Source: Acholeplasmatales bacterium (GTDB taxonomy: Bacteria; Bacillota_I; Bacilli_A; Acholeplasmatales; Anaeroplasmataceae). Taken from it: a DNA stretch of 58,284 nucleotides. This document shows, piece by piece, positions 9,713 to 18,608 of this stretch. Position numbers and translations under genes: made by a program. The first letter of the stretch is position 1. The number at the start of each line of letters is the position of its first letter. Under the pieces are notes generated by a model. That model had not been told where the DNA came from, did no database searches, and saw only the letters and a list, made by a program, of their open reading frames with translations. The stretch spans positions 1-58,284 of the forward strand of contig JAFTQR010000015.1 in NCBI GenBank assembly GCA_017462645.1, written 5' to 3'.

Positions 9713-10447
9713 ATGGTAGAGAGCTTTAAGATTACAGCTAACAAGCTAAAGCGTATTTTAAAAATTTCTATATACCTTCCAAAGGGCTATCATTCAAGTG
9801 ATGAAGACTATCCGTTATTATTGGCTTTTGATGGACAATTATTATTTAATTTCTTAAATGAAAAGACTATGGAAATGGATATGACTGATATACTAGATGT
9901 TTTAGGTAAGGATGTTATTTGCATTTCATTACAAGCACCTAAAATTGAGGAGTGGAGAATCAGCGAGCTTAATCCATATTACAATGGTGATAACCCTACC
10001 GTTGATACGTCATTATCTAATATATTCTTCGAATATTTAGTTTATGATTTATTACCACTTCTTAAGCAAAGATATCGAATAAGCGCACAAAAATATTTAT
10101 TAGGCTTCGGAGCTTCTGCCATTGCAGCATTACATCTTGTATATAAATACCCATTATTTGATGGCGCTGGCTTATTCTCTCCAGATTTAATAAATTGTAG
10201 CGATGAAATATTTAATGATATGGAAAAGAACTTTTGTAAGGAAAAGCCTATCTATCTATATCATGGTAGTAAAGATACTGATACTAAATTTGACAACCTA
10301 TATTATAAGCTTTTTACAAATTTTCAAGAGCTTGGCTGTGAAAAATTTAAATCAGCATATGAGGCATATTTAGGAAATTCTACTGACGCATGGAACACCT
10401 ATTTAGCCGATTTTATCAGATTCATGATACCAAATATTGGAAGCTAA
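9713..10447 (+). CDS. Alpha/beta-hydrolase (putative esterase family) protein with a degenerate active site
   Basis: IYLPKGY, YPLLLAFDGQ, RISELNP, GAGLFSP. The nucleophile elbow reads GFGAS. ATG at 9713 follows GGTGA. Confidence 0.8.
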   Translation: MVESFKITANKLKRILKISIYLPKGYHSSDEDYPLLLAFDGQLLFNFLNEKTMEMDMTDILDVLGKDVICISLQAPKIEEWRISELNPYYNGDNPTVDTSLSNIFFEYLVYDLLPLLKQRYRISAQKYLLGFGASAIAALHLVYKYPLFDGAGLFSPDLINCSDEIFNDMEKNFCKEKPIYLYHGSKDTDTKFDNLYYKLFTNFQELGCEKFKSAYEAYLGNSTDAWNTYLADFIRFMIPNIGS

Positions 10448-10452
10448 ACTAA

Positions 10453-10490
10453 CACCTTGACATGTTATAGTAATGTCGAGGTGATTTTTT
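10453..10490 (+). terminator. Terminator hairpin that also covers the RBS of the next gene
   Basis: 11-bp stem CACCTTGACAT/ATGTCGAGGTG followed by a T tract. Confidence 0.7.
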
Positions 10491-11459
10491 TTGAAAAAGA
10501 AAATAATTGTTTTTATTATCTTGCTATTTGGATTTTTGACCATCTTTAGAGGTAGTAATGCAGAAGCTAGCTCCTCTTCTATAAGTGCTGGTATTGTAGA
10601 TACAGGCGGAGCCAATCTAAATGTAAGATCCCTTGCATCTACATCATCTAATGTTATAACACAAATTAAGGATGATTCATATTTAACAATCGTTAGCACT
10701 AGTGGTAATTGGTATTATGTTGAATATGCTGACTCTAAATTTGGTTATGTACATAAGGATTATGTGGATACATTATCTACAAAAGTTAGAAGGATTAACA
10801 CTGGAGGCACTAATCTAAATGTAAGAACTGGTCCTTCTACAGGCTATAGTATTAAAGATCAAATTGTCCATAATGATTATGTAGTGATTTTATCAAGCTC
10901 TACATATTGGTCTAAAGTATTATTTGAAGGAAACAAAACTGGTTATGTATATAATAACTACTTAAATTACGTAAATAATTATACATATCCAAATAAAAGC
11001 TTAAGTGTTCCTTCATATAAGCAATATGATTCAAGATGGGCTTACGAGACAATCGGTTCTAGTGGACAAACAATAAAAAAGGCAGGGTGCTTAATTACTT
11101 CTATGGCAATGACAGAATCATATAGAACAGGAACAACAATAACACCTGCAATGTTTGAAAATAAATCAAAGTTCACGAGTGATGGAAGCCTATATTGGCC
11201 AAGTAACTATAATTTTATTACCTCAAGCTCTGGCTATCTAACAAAAATATATAATCTTTTAAAACAAGGAAAGCCAGTAATCATAGGTACTAAAAATGCT
11301 AGCGGTGGCCAGCATTGGGTAGTCGTTTATGGATATAATGGTTCGAACACATTATCAGCATCTAACTTTTTAATTCGTGATCCAGGCTATACAAAAACAA
11401 CATTGCAACAGCATCTAAATAGCTATCCAACATTCTATAAAATTGCATATTACAAATAA
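10491..11459 (+). CDS. Secreted protein with two SH3b domains and a C39-like cysteine peptidase (putative cell-wall hydrolase)
   Basis: Signal peptide; NLNVR...GYV twice; YKQYDSRW, AGCLITSMAM, GQHWVVVYG, IRDPG. Confidence 0.85.
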   Translation: MKKKIIVFIILLFGFLTIFRGSNAEASSSSISAGIVDTGGANLNVRSLASTSSNVITQIKDDSYLTIVSTSGNWYYVEYADSKFGYVHKDYVDTLSTKVRRINTGGTNLNVRTGPSTGYSIKDQIVHNDYVVILSSSTYWSKVLFEGNKTGYVYNNYLNYVNNYTYPNKSLSVPSYKQYDSRWAYETIGSSGQTIKKAGCLITSMAMTESYRTGTTITPAMFENKSKFTSDGSLYWPSNYNFITSSSGYLTKIYNLLKQGKPVIIGTKNASGGQHWVVVYGYNGSNTLSASNFLIRDPGYTKTTLQQHLNSYPTFYKIAYYK

Positions 11460-11487
11460 AATAAGCGCATAAATATGCGCTTTTTTC
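11459..11487. terminator. Bidirectional terminator
   Basis: AAGCGCATA-a-TATGCGCTT-like hairpin with flanking A/T tracts. Confidence 0.8.
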
Positions 11488-11491
11488 AATA

Positions 11492-12223
11492 TTATTCTTC
11501 TAATTTTTCAATTACATTTTTTATATCATCATAAATAGCTAATGTAGCTAAATAATCATATTGTGTTTCAGTTTTATTTAATAAAACTAGCTCCTTACCT
11601 CTAAAATATCTAATAAATCCAGCGGCAGGATAAACCGTTAGAGATGTTCCTACAATTATCATTGCATCAGCATGCATAATAGAATCAATCGCCTTATTTA
11701 TCTCATTTTCATTTAAGCCCTCCTCATATAAAACAACATCAGGCTTAATTATACCTCCACAGCTACAATAAGGAACCTTACCATATTCTAAGCTATCTAG
11801 ATGATAAAATTTATGACATTTCATACAATAATTTCTTTTAACACTGCCATGAAGCTCACAAACATTTGTGCTTCCACCCTCTTGATGTAGATTATCAATA
11901 TTTTGTGTAACAACAGTTATATTTTTACCTAGCTTTTCTAATTTTGCAAAATATTTATGAGCTATATTAGGCTTAGCATCATTATATATCATCTTATCAA
12001 AATAAAACTCATAAAACATTTCTACATTTTTCATAAAAAATGAATGAGATATTATTTCCTCAGGTCTAACCATATAATTTGTTTTTTGGTTATATAATCC
12101 ATCAGCTGATCTAAAATCTGGAATACCAGAATTCGTTGATAATCCCGCCCCAGAAAATATAACTATATTTTTACTATTTTTTATAATTTCCTTTAATTTA
12201 TCTATTTTATTCATCGTCATCAC
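11492..12223 (-). CDS. cobB: NAD-dependent protein deacylase (sirtuin)
   Basis: GAGLSTNSGIPDFR, TQNIDNLH, ELHGS, zinc cysteines, GTSL. Confidence 0.95.
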   Translation of the reverse strand: MMTMNKIDKLKEIIKNSKNIVIFSGAGLSTNSGIPDFRSADGLYNQKTNYMVRPEEIISHSFFMKNVEMFYEFYFDKMIYNDAKPNIAHKYFAKLEKLGKNITVVTQNIDNLHQEGGSTNVCELHGSVKRNYCMKCHKFYHLDSLEYGKVPYCSCGGIIKPDVVLYEEGLNENEINKAIDSIMHADAMIIVGTSLTVYPAAGFIRYFRGKELVLLNKTETQYDYLATLAIYDDIKNVIEKLEE

Positions 12224-12240
12224 CAGCTCTATTATAGCAT

Positions 12241-12274
12241 AAAAAGAGGCTAGATATACTCTAACCTCAAAAAA
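12241..12274 (-). terminator. proS terminator
   Basis: GAGGTTAGA-loop-TCTAGCCTC followed by T5. Confidence 0.75.
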
Positions 12275-13981
12275 TTAAATATTATTTACAGCATTCTTAA
12301 TAATTTCTATTGCCTCTTCCTTAGTAACCTCTACTTTTTCCATAGTATGTCTATTCTTTAATTCAACAATATCCTCTTGTGCTCTTTTACCACATACTAT
12401 CATATAAGGAATACCAATTAGCTCCCAGTCCTTAAACTTAAAGCCAGGCTTTGCGTTTCTATCATCTAATACAACCTCTACATTAGTAGGCTTTAATGCT
12501 TTATAAATTTCTAATGATAATGCTTGTTGAGCCTCATCATTATAATTAATTGGAACAATAACTGCATGATATGGAGCAACATTTAATGGCCACTTAATAC
12601 CAAACTCATCATGATATTGCTCAACAATAGATTGTAATGTTCTTGTAACACCAATACCATAGCAACCCATAACCATTGGTACATTTTTACCCTGCTCATT
12701 AACATAAGTACACTTCATAGCCTCGCTATATTTAGTTTGAAGCTTAAAAATTTGACCAACCTCAATACCTCTATTTTGCTTCATTGGCTTACCACAGCAT
12801 GGACATAAATCGCCTGCAGTAGCCTTCTTTAAATCACAAACAGTCCCGTTGAAATCACGACCAAATGATGCGTTTATATAATGATAATTTAGTTTGTTAG
12901 CACCAATGACAACATTCTTCATTTGTGCTACTTCCTCATCAACATAAACCTCACATTTAATATCCTTAGGACCACAGAAGCCATGAGCACTATCTAATGA
13001 ATTAATTTCCTCATGTGTTGCAAGCTCAAGATAGTTTTCATTAGAATCAATTGCGTTAACAAGCTTAATAACGTTAAGCTCTCTATCTCCTCTAACAACA
13101 GCCGCAACAAGCTTATTATTTTGATAATCATGATAAATTAATGTCTTAGCAGTCTTCTTTGGATCAACACTTAAGAAGCTTGACACTTCCTCTATAGTTC
13201 TTTGATTTGGAGTCTCAACAAGCTTTAGCTCTAATTCCTCTTCATTGTCAGCTGATACTAGCTTAATTGTAGCCTTTTCAACGTCAGCTGCATAACCACA
13301 ATCATCACAATATACAATCTCAGATTCACCAATATCACTTAAAGCCATAAATTGATGAGATCCATTTCCACCAATATTACCTGTATCAGCAAGCACTGCT
13401 TGGAAATGAAGACCAAGTCTTGTAAATATTTTAGTATATGTTTCATACATCTTTTGATATGAAATCTCTAATCCAGCCTCATCCTTATCAAATGAATATG
13501 CATCCTTCATAATAAATTCTCTACCACGCATTAAACCAAATCTAGGACGAACCTCATCTCTATACTTTGTTTGAATTTGATATAAATTCATTGGTAGATT
13601 TTTAGGACTTTTTATTAAATCCCTTGCCATAGAGGTAAATATTTCCTCATGTGTTGGACCTAAACAAAATTCTCTTTCATGTCTATCTGTTAATCTCATT
13701 AGCTCAGGACCATATTTAGCCCATCTTCCAGATTCAACCCATAATTCCTTAGGCTGTAATGCAGAGCATAAAATTTCAACGCATTCTGCATCATCCATTT
13801 CCTCTCTGATTATATTTTCAATTTTATTTAAAACTCTTAAGCCAAACGGTAAATAGTTATAAACTCCTGCAACTAGATTTTTAATCATACCAGCTCTTAG
13901 AAGTAAAACATGTGAATCTATTTTAGCTTCATTAGGTGCTTCCTTTAATGTTGATATTAACATTCTACTAGCTTTCATCAA
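12275..13981 (-). CDS. proS: Proline--tRNA ligase (bacterial type with editing domain)
   Basis: LGPTHEE, RDEVRPRFGLMRGREF, MGCYGIGVTR. Confidence 0.98.
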   Translation of the reverse strand: MMKASRMLISTLKEAPNEAKIDSHVLLLRAGMIKNLVAGVYNYLPFGLRVLNKIENIIREEMDDAECVEILCSALQPKELWVESGRWAKYGPELMRLTDRHEREFCLGPTHEEIFTSMARDLIKSPKNLPMNLYQIQTKYRDEVRPRFGLMRGREFIMKDAYSFDKDEAGLEISYQKMYETYTKIFTRLGLHFQAVLADTGNIGGNGSHQFMALSDIGESEIVYCDDCGYAADVEKATIKLVSADNEEELELKLVETPNQRTIEEVSSFLSVDPKKTAKTLIYHDYQNNKLVAAVVRGDRELNVIKLVNAIDSNENYLELATHEEINSLDSAHGFCGPKDIKCEVYVDEEVAQMKNVVIGANKLNYHYINASFGRDFNGTVCDLKKATAGDLCPCCGKPMKQNRGIEVGQIFKLQTKYSEAMKCTYVNEQGKNVPMVMGCYGIGVTRTLQSIVEQYHDEFGIKWPLNVAPYHAVIVPINYNDEAQQALSLEIYKALKPTNVEVVLDDRNAKPGFKFKDWELIGIPYMIVCGKRAQEDIVELKNRHTMEKVEVTKEEAIEIIKNAVNNI

Positions 13982-14146
13982 AAAACTCCCCTTTATTAAT
14001 AAATTCCTTTAAATTATAGCATAATATTATATATAATTCTATTGATTTTAAATTTTTTTCAATCATTTTCATATAATAATTTGAAATCTGATTATAATTA
14101 TATTATAATAAGTATAGTAAATTTCTATTCAATATAGGAGGACAAA

Positions 14147-15838
14147 ATGGATAAGGTCAAAAATAGATCTGAGATTGGTATTTTTGCGTTAGGTGGTCTA
14201 GGTGAGGTAGGTAAGAATATGTATGTTATTGATTACCTAGAACAGCTATTTATTATTGACGCTGGTATATTATTCCCAGATGAGCATTTACTTGGTGTAG
14301 ATTATGTTATAACAGATTATAAATATTTAGAAGAAAATCAGCACAAGATTGTGGGTCTTTTTATTACTCACGGACATGAGGATCATATTGGAGGTATTCC
14401 ATTCTTATTAAAGAAGGTTAAAATACCTAAAATTTATGCTGCCGGAGTAACAGTAGATTTAATTGAAAACAAGCTTGAAGACTATCCTGATTTACTATCT
14501 AAAACACAAATTGTAGAATTTAAGAGCCATTTTATATTCAACTTTAAGGGTGTAGAGGTTTCTTTTATTAGATTGAATCACTCTATTCATGATTCATTTG
14601 CCATTTGTTTTAAAACAGATTTAGGTACAATTGTTCATACAGGAGATTTTAAAATTGATTTAACACCTGTAGGCCCTGCGGCTGAATATGAAAAGCTTGC
14701 AAATTTAGGTACTCAAGGAGTACTATGCTTATTAGCTGATTCTACTAATGCCCTAAGAGAAGGCTTTTCAGAATCAGAAAGAAAAATAGGCAAATCTATT
14801 ATGGAGCTATTCTCTAAAATAGAAAATAGAATAATTGTTGCGACATTCGCTTCAAATATGTTTAGAGTTCAACAAATCGTTGAAGCTTGTATTGCTTGTA
14901 ATCGTAAAATAGCAATTTTTGGAAGATCTATGGAAAAAACAATCGAGGTAGGTCAACAAATTGGTTATATTAAAGCACCTAAGGGTACTATAATCGAACC
15001 AACAGAAATTAATAACTACGAGCCAAATGAGCTATGCTTCCTATGTACTGGCTCTCAAGGCGAGCCTTTAGCAGCCTTATCAAGAGTAGCTGCAGGCTCT
15101 CATAAGTATATCAAGTTAATTCCAAGTGATACAATCGTATTCTCTTCTTCTCCTATTCCAGGTAACCAAGAAGGAGTAAATAGAACAATTAACCAATTAT
15201 TTAAAAAGGGTGCTAACGTAATCACTCATTCACCTTTAACAGATACACATACTACAGGACATGGTGCACAAGGTGAATTAAAGCTAATGCTAACATTATT
15301 AAAGCCTAAATACTTTATTCCTATCCATGGTGAATATCGTATGCAAAGGGTTCATGCTGATTTAGCAATTGAAACTGGTGTTAAAAATGAAAATACCTTT
15401 ATTTTAGAAAATGGCGATGTTGTAGCTATTAACGAGCATAACGCTAGAATGGCTGGACATATTCATGCTGGTGAAATTTATATTGATGGTACTGGTGTTG
15501 GTGATATTTCTTCTTCTATTATTAGAGAAAGAAAAGCCTTATCAGATGATGGTATGTTTGCGTTAGTAATTACTATTGATTCAAAAAATAAAACTATTCC
15601 AATAGATCCACAGGTTGTATCTAGAGGATTTATTTATATGAAGGATAGTGAGGAGCTAACAAAAGGCTTTGTAGAGGATGCAAAAAGCTATTTATTAAAT
15701 GAAATGTCTAAGGTTAAGCTTGTTAATTTAAATAATTTAAAATATGGCTTAACTGAGCACTTATCAAAAATAATTTATGCAAAAACAGATAGAAAGCCAA
15801 TCGTCATCCCAGTATTTATGGATATAGCAAACAAATAA
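14147..15838 (+). CDS. rnj: Ribonuclease J
   Basis: LGGLGEVGKN, HGHEDH, TGDFK, GSQGEP, PIHGE. Confidence 0.97.
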   Translation: MDKVKNRSEIGIFALGGLGEVGKNMYVIDYLEQLFIIDAGILFPDEHLLGVDYVITDYKYLEENQHKIVGLFITHGHEDHIGGIPFLLKKVKIPKIYAAGVTVDLIENKLEDYPDLLSKTQIVEFKSHFIFNFKGVEVSFIRLNHSIHDSFAICFKTDLGTIVHTGDFKIDLTPVGPAAEYEKLANLGTQGVLCLLADSTNALREGFSESERKIGKSIMELFSKIENRIIVATFASNMFRVQQIVEACIACNRKIAIFGRSMEKTIEVGQQIGYIKAPKGTIIEPTEINNYEPNELCFLCTGSQGEPLAALSRVAAGSHKYIKLIPSDTIVFSSSPIPGNQEGVNRTINQLFKKGANVITHSPLTDTHTTGHGAQGELKLMLTLLKPKYFIPIHGEYRMQRVHADLAIETGVKNENTFILENGDVVAINEHNARMAGHIHAGEIYIDGTGVGDISSSIIRERKALSDDGMFALVITIDSKNKTIPIDPQVVSRGFIYMKDSEELTKGFVEDAKSYLLNEMSKVKLVNLNNLKYGLTEHLSKIIYAKTDRKPIVIPVFMDIANK

Positions 15839-15864
15839 GAAGGCATTAAATGCCTTCTTTTTTT
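15836..15864 (+). terminator. rnj terminator
   Basis: AGAAGGCATT/AATGCCTTCT followed by a T tract. Confidence 0.85.
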
Positions 15865-15905
15865 GCAAATTAAAAGCCTTAAGATTACTTAAGGCTAATT
15901 AATAT

Positions 15906-16955
15906 TTACTTTATTAAATAATGCATACCTAAAATCTTAGATAGATATACAGCTAATGCCATATCATCATCCTGCCAAATTCTATTAATTTGACCTTCAC
16001 CTAATACAACATAACCATATACATGACCATGAACCTTAATTTTACAAATTAAGATTGATAAAATCTTTAAGCTAACGCAGAATCCATATAAATCTAATGA
16101 TGTATTCTTAATATCCTCTAATGTATTACATGAGAATACTCCTTCTTCATCTAATAATGATTCAATAGTATCTACATCAATTGCATATGCTGAATCACCA
16201 TCAGTAAGCATTCTAAAGTTGGTATCCATAATAAATGCATCAGAAATTTTTAAAGATTCCTTTGATTCAATGGCAGCTAAATTTAATTTTCTATTAAAAT
16301 CAACATTTGATTCAAAAATATTAAAAATCTTTTCAAATGTTAAATATAAAGAGCGTTTAACATTCTTTGTAATATCAATATCCTTATGCTTATAGTCAAC
16401 ATAAACGATAACGCAGTTTCTACCTTTCATCTTACCACGATATAAAGCCTTATCAGCCTTAATAAATAATTCCTCATATGATGTAGCATCTAATGGGAAT
16501 GATGCAGAACCTGTTGTTGCAGTTAAGGTTGCATTAACACCATATTTAATAGCATAGTTTGTACGTACAACCTTTCCAAAGTTATACATGTTCATATAGA
16601 ACTCATATACACTTTGATATCTATTATCGCCTAAGAATACAACTAGGAATTCGTCACCACCAAAGCGTCCTACTAAACCATTATCTCCAACATATCTCAT
16701 AACTGCATCAGCAAATCTAGCTAATACTAAATCTCCAATAGAATGACCATAGTTGTCATTAACGTTTTTAAAATTATCAAGATCAATTATACCTAAAGAA
16801 AAAGGGGTATTTGTATCAATCAAGTGCTCTACAAATCTTAGAATATACTTTCTTGAAACAGTTTTAGTTAATGAGTCTAAAACGTTCTCGAAAGCATCAA
16901 GCTCCCCGATGTTCTTAAAGAATGGAATTTTCATTAATTTTGTCTTATTATACAT
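15906..16955 (-). CDS. Diguanylate cyclase (GGDEF) with a C-terminal GAF-like domain
   Basis: DLDNFKNVNDNYGHSIGD, RFGGDEF, ADKALY...GRN. The C-terminus SILICKI..HGHVYGYVVL...RIWQDDD is GAF-like. Confidence 0.9.
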   Translation of the reverse strand: MYNKTKLMKIPFFKNIGELDAFENVLDSLTKTVSRKYILRFVEHLIDTNTPFSLGIIDLDNFKNVNDNYGHSIGDLVLARFADAVMRYVGDNGLVGRFGGDEFLVVFLGDNRYQSVYEFYMNMYNFGKVVRTNYAIKYGVNATLTATTGSASFPLDATSYEELFIKADKALYRGKMKGRNCVIVYVDYKHKDIDITKNVKRSLYLTFEKIFNIFESNVDFNRKLNLAAIESKESLKISDAFIMDTNFRMLTDGDSAYAIDVDTIESLLDEEGVFSCNTLEDIKNTSLDLYGFCVSLKILSILICKIKVHGHVYGYVVLGEGQINRIWQDDDMALAVYLSKILGMHYLIK

Positions 16956-16984
16956 AGTAATCCTCCTAATTTTGTTTAATATTC

Positions 16985-17019
16985 AAACAAAATAGCCTAT
17001 ACTGCGTAGTAAAGGCTAT
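16985..17019 (-). terminator. Expression-platform terminator of the c-di-GMP riboswitch
   Basis: AUAGCCUUUACU-acgc-AGUAUAGGCUAU followed by UUUGUUU. Confidence 0.8.
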
Positions 17020-17049
17020 GGGCGACAAAAAATAAACTAGTAACTAGTC

Positions 17050-17126
17050 TATAAGTGCAACTGGCTGCCATTTTACAGGCCCTATAGCTTTGCGTCATAG
17101 CCTTTCGACTATTTTGCCAATATTAA
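17050..17126 (-). ncRNA. c-di-GMP-I (GEMM) riboswitch aptamer
   Basis: GGCAAAAUAGUC-GAAA-GGCUAUGACGCAAAGCUAUAGGGCCUGUAAAAUGGCAGCCAGUUGCAC matches the GEMM consensus. Confidence 0.95.
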
Positions 17127-17154
17127 AATAATCGTTTTTTACAACTATATAATA

Positions 17155-18447
17155 TCATTTTTTTTCATCATATACAATACCAAATCTAAACTTTTTTACA
17201 TTTTCATTGCTTTTTTGCGTATTTTCATCATTTTTTAGTTTTTTACAATTGCTACACATATTACATTTACCATTATGCTTAAAATTAAAATATTTACATA
17301 CCATTTTATGTAAGCATTTTTTAGTTAAGCATAATGATATCATAGAATCTAATTTCTTATATCTATCCTGTTTAATTTTTCTTATTTTTGCATCACTTTT
17401 ATTATCATTATTTATATTATCAATAAAATATTCATTCATCTTAATATCATCCATATTAAAATAAACAACACTCTCTGCATATTTACCATCTCGAGAGGCT
17501 CTGCCTGATTGCTGCAAGAAATCCTCTATGCTTGATGGCATATCATACTCTATAACATATCTTATACATGGTATATCTATACCCATACCAAACGCATTAG
17601 TACATACCATTATTTTAATTTCCTTTTTAGTGAATTGCTGCTGAACCTTATTCTTATCCTCTTTACTTAATGCACCATGATAAAGTCCAACACTATAGCC
17701 TAAGGATATTAAATAATCATATACATCCTTGGCATTTTTAATAGTAAAACAATAAATAATACCTAGTATACTTCTTCTTTTATTAATATATTCACGAAGC
17801 TCCTTCTTTTTATCTTTAACCTTTACTATACTATAAAATATATTTTTTCTATCACAATTACAGGCAATAATATTAGGATTTCTTATCCCAATATAATTTA
17901 TTATTTTTTCGATTGTTTGTTTTGTGGCAGTTGCAGTTAAAGCTAATAGTCTAGGTCTAAATGGTAATCCATCTATAAATTCTGGAATTCTTCCTAATGC
18001 CTCTCTAAAATCCTCACTCCATAACAATGTATGTGCTTCATCACATACAATTAAGGATATTTTTACCTTTTTAATATTTTCTAAAAATTTTGCTGATAAT
18101 AATCTTTCGGCAGATACATATAACAGCTTTATTTTGTATTTAATTAGCTTATTATATATATTATCCTGTTCCTCCTTAGTTTGTAACGAATTAATGTATG
18201 CAGCCTTTATTTTCCTCCTTTTTAGTCCATCTACCTGATCTGCCATTAATGCGATTAATGGAGTTATTACAATCGTTATACCATCTAATATTAGGGATGG
18301 TATTTGAAATGTAATTGATTTTCCATATCCAGTAGGTAAAATACCTATTGTATCGTGACCATCTAAAATACTATCAACTATTTGATTTTGTTCTTTCTTA
18401 AGGTAATCATAACCATAATATGATTTTAATATTTCTTCTTTTCTCAT
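17155..18447 (-). CDS. recQ: RecQ family helicase (short form, ends after the Zn-binding subdomain)
   Basis: LPTGYGKS, DEAH, LTATA, TNAFGMGID, QQSGRASRDG, C-terminal Cys cluster. Confidence 0.92.
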   Translation of the reverse strand: MRKEEILKSYYGYDYLKKEQNQIVDSILDGHDTIGILPTGYGKSITFQIPSLILDGITIVITPLIALMADQVDGLKRRKIKAAYINSLQTKEEQDNIYNKLIKYKIKLLYVSAERLLSAKFLENIKKVKISLIVCDEAHTLLWSEDFREALGRIPEFIDGLPFRPRLLALTATATKQTIEKIINYIGIRNPNIIACNCDRKNIFYSIVKVKDKKKELREYINKRRSILGIIYCFTIKNAKDVYDYLISLGYSVGLYHGALSKEDKNKVQQQFTKKEIKIMVCTNAFGMGIDIPCIRYVIEYDMPSSIEDFLQQSGRASRDGKYAESVVYFNMDDIKMNEYFIDNINNDNKSDAKIRKIKQDRYKKLDSMISLCLTKKCLHKMVCKYFNFKHNGKCNMCSNCKKLKNDENTQKSNENVKKFRFGIVYDEKK

Positions 18448-18485
18448 GGCAATATTTTAACAAATTAAAAAGTTTTGTCAAATTT

Positions 18486-18512
18486 AAAAAACGGCTTAAA
18501 TAAGCCGTTTTT
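18486..18512 (-). terminator. pot operon terminator
   Basis: AAAAACGGCTTA-aa-TAAGCCGTTTTT. Confidence 0.8.
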
Positions 18513-18608
18513 CCTTACATTTCATATTTCAATTAATAATATTATGTAATTATTAAATTAATAATATCCTTTTTTAGAAATTTTATTAAAATATAGTATT
18601 TTATTTTT

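Noticed and set aside
13982-14146. T-box ahead of proS
   Set aside because: The intergenic region is short, shared with rnj, and has no GGUGGNACC motif
17050-17126. 3'3'-cGAMP (GEMM-Ib) variant riboswitch
   Set aside because: The position-20 equivalent is G (GGCAAA), which indicates c-di-GMP
17155-18447. recQ as a truncated pseudogene
   Set aside because: Helicase motifs and the Zn-binding Cys cluster are complete; short HRDC-less RecQ/RecS proteins are known in Bacillota
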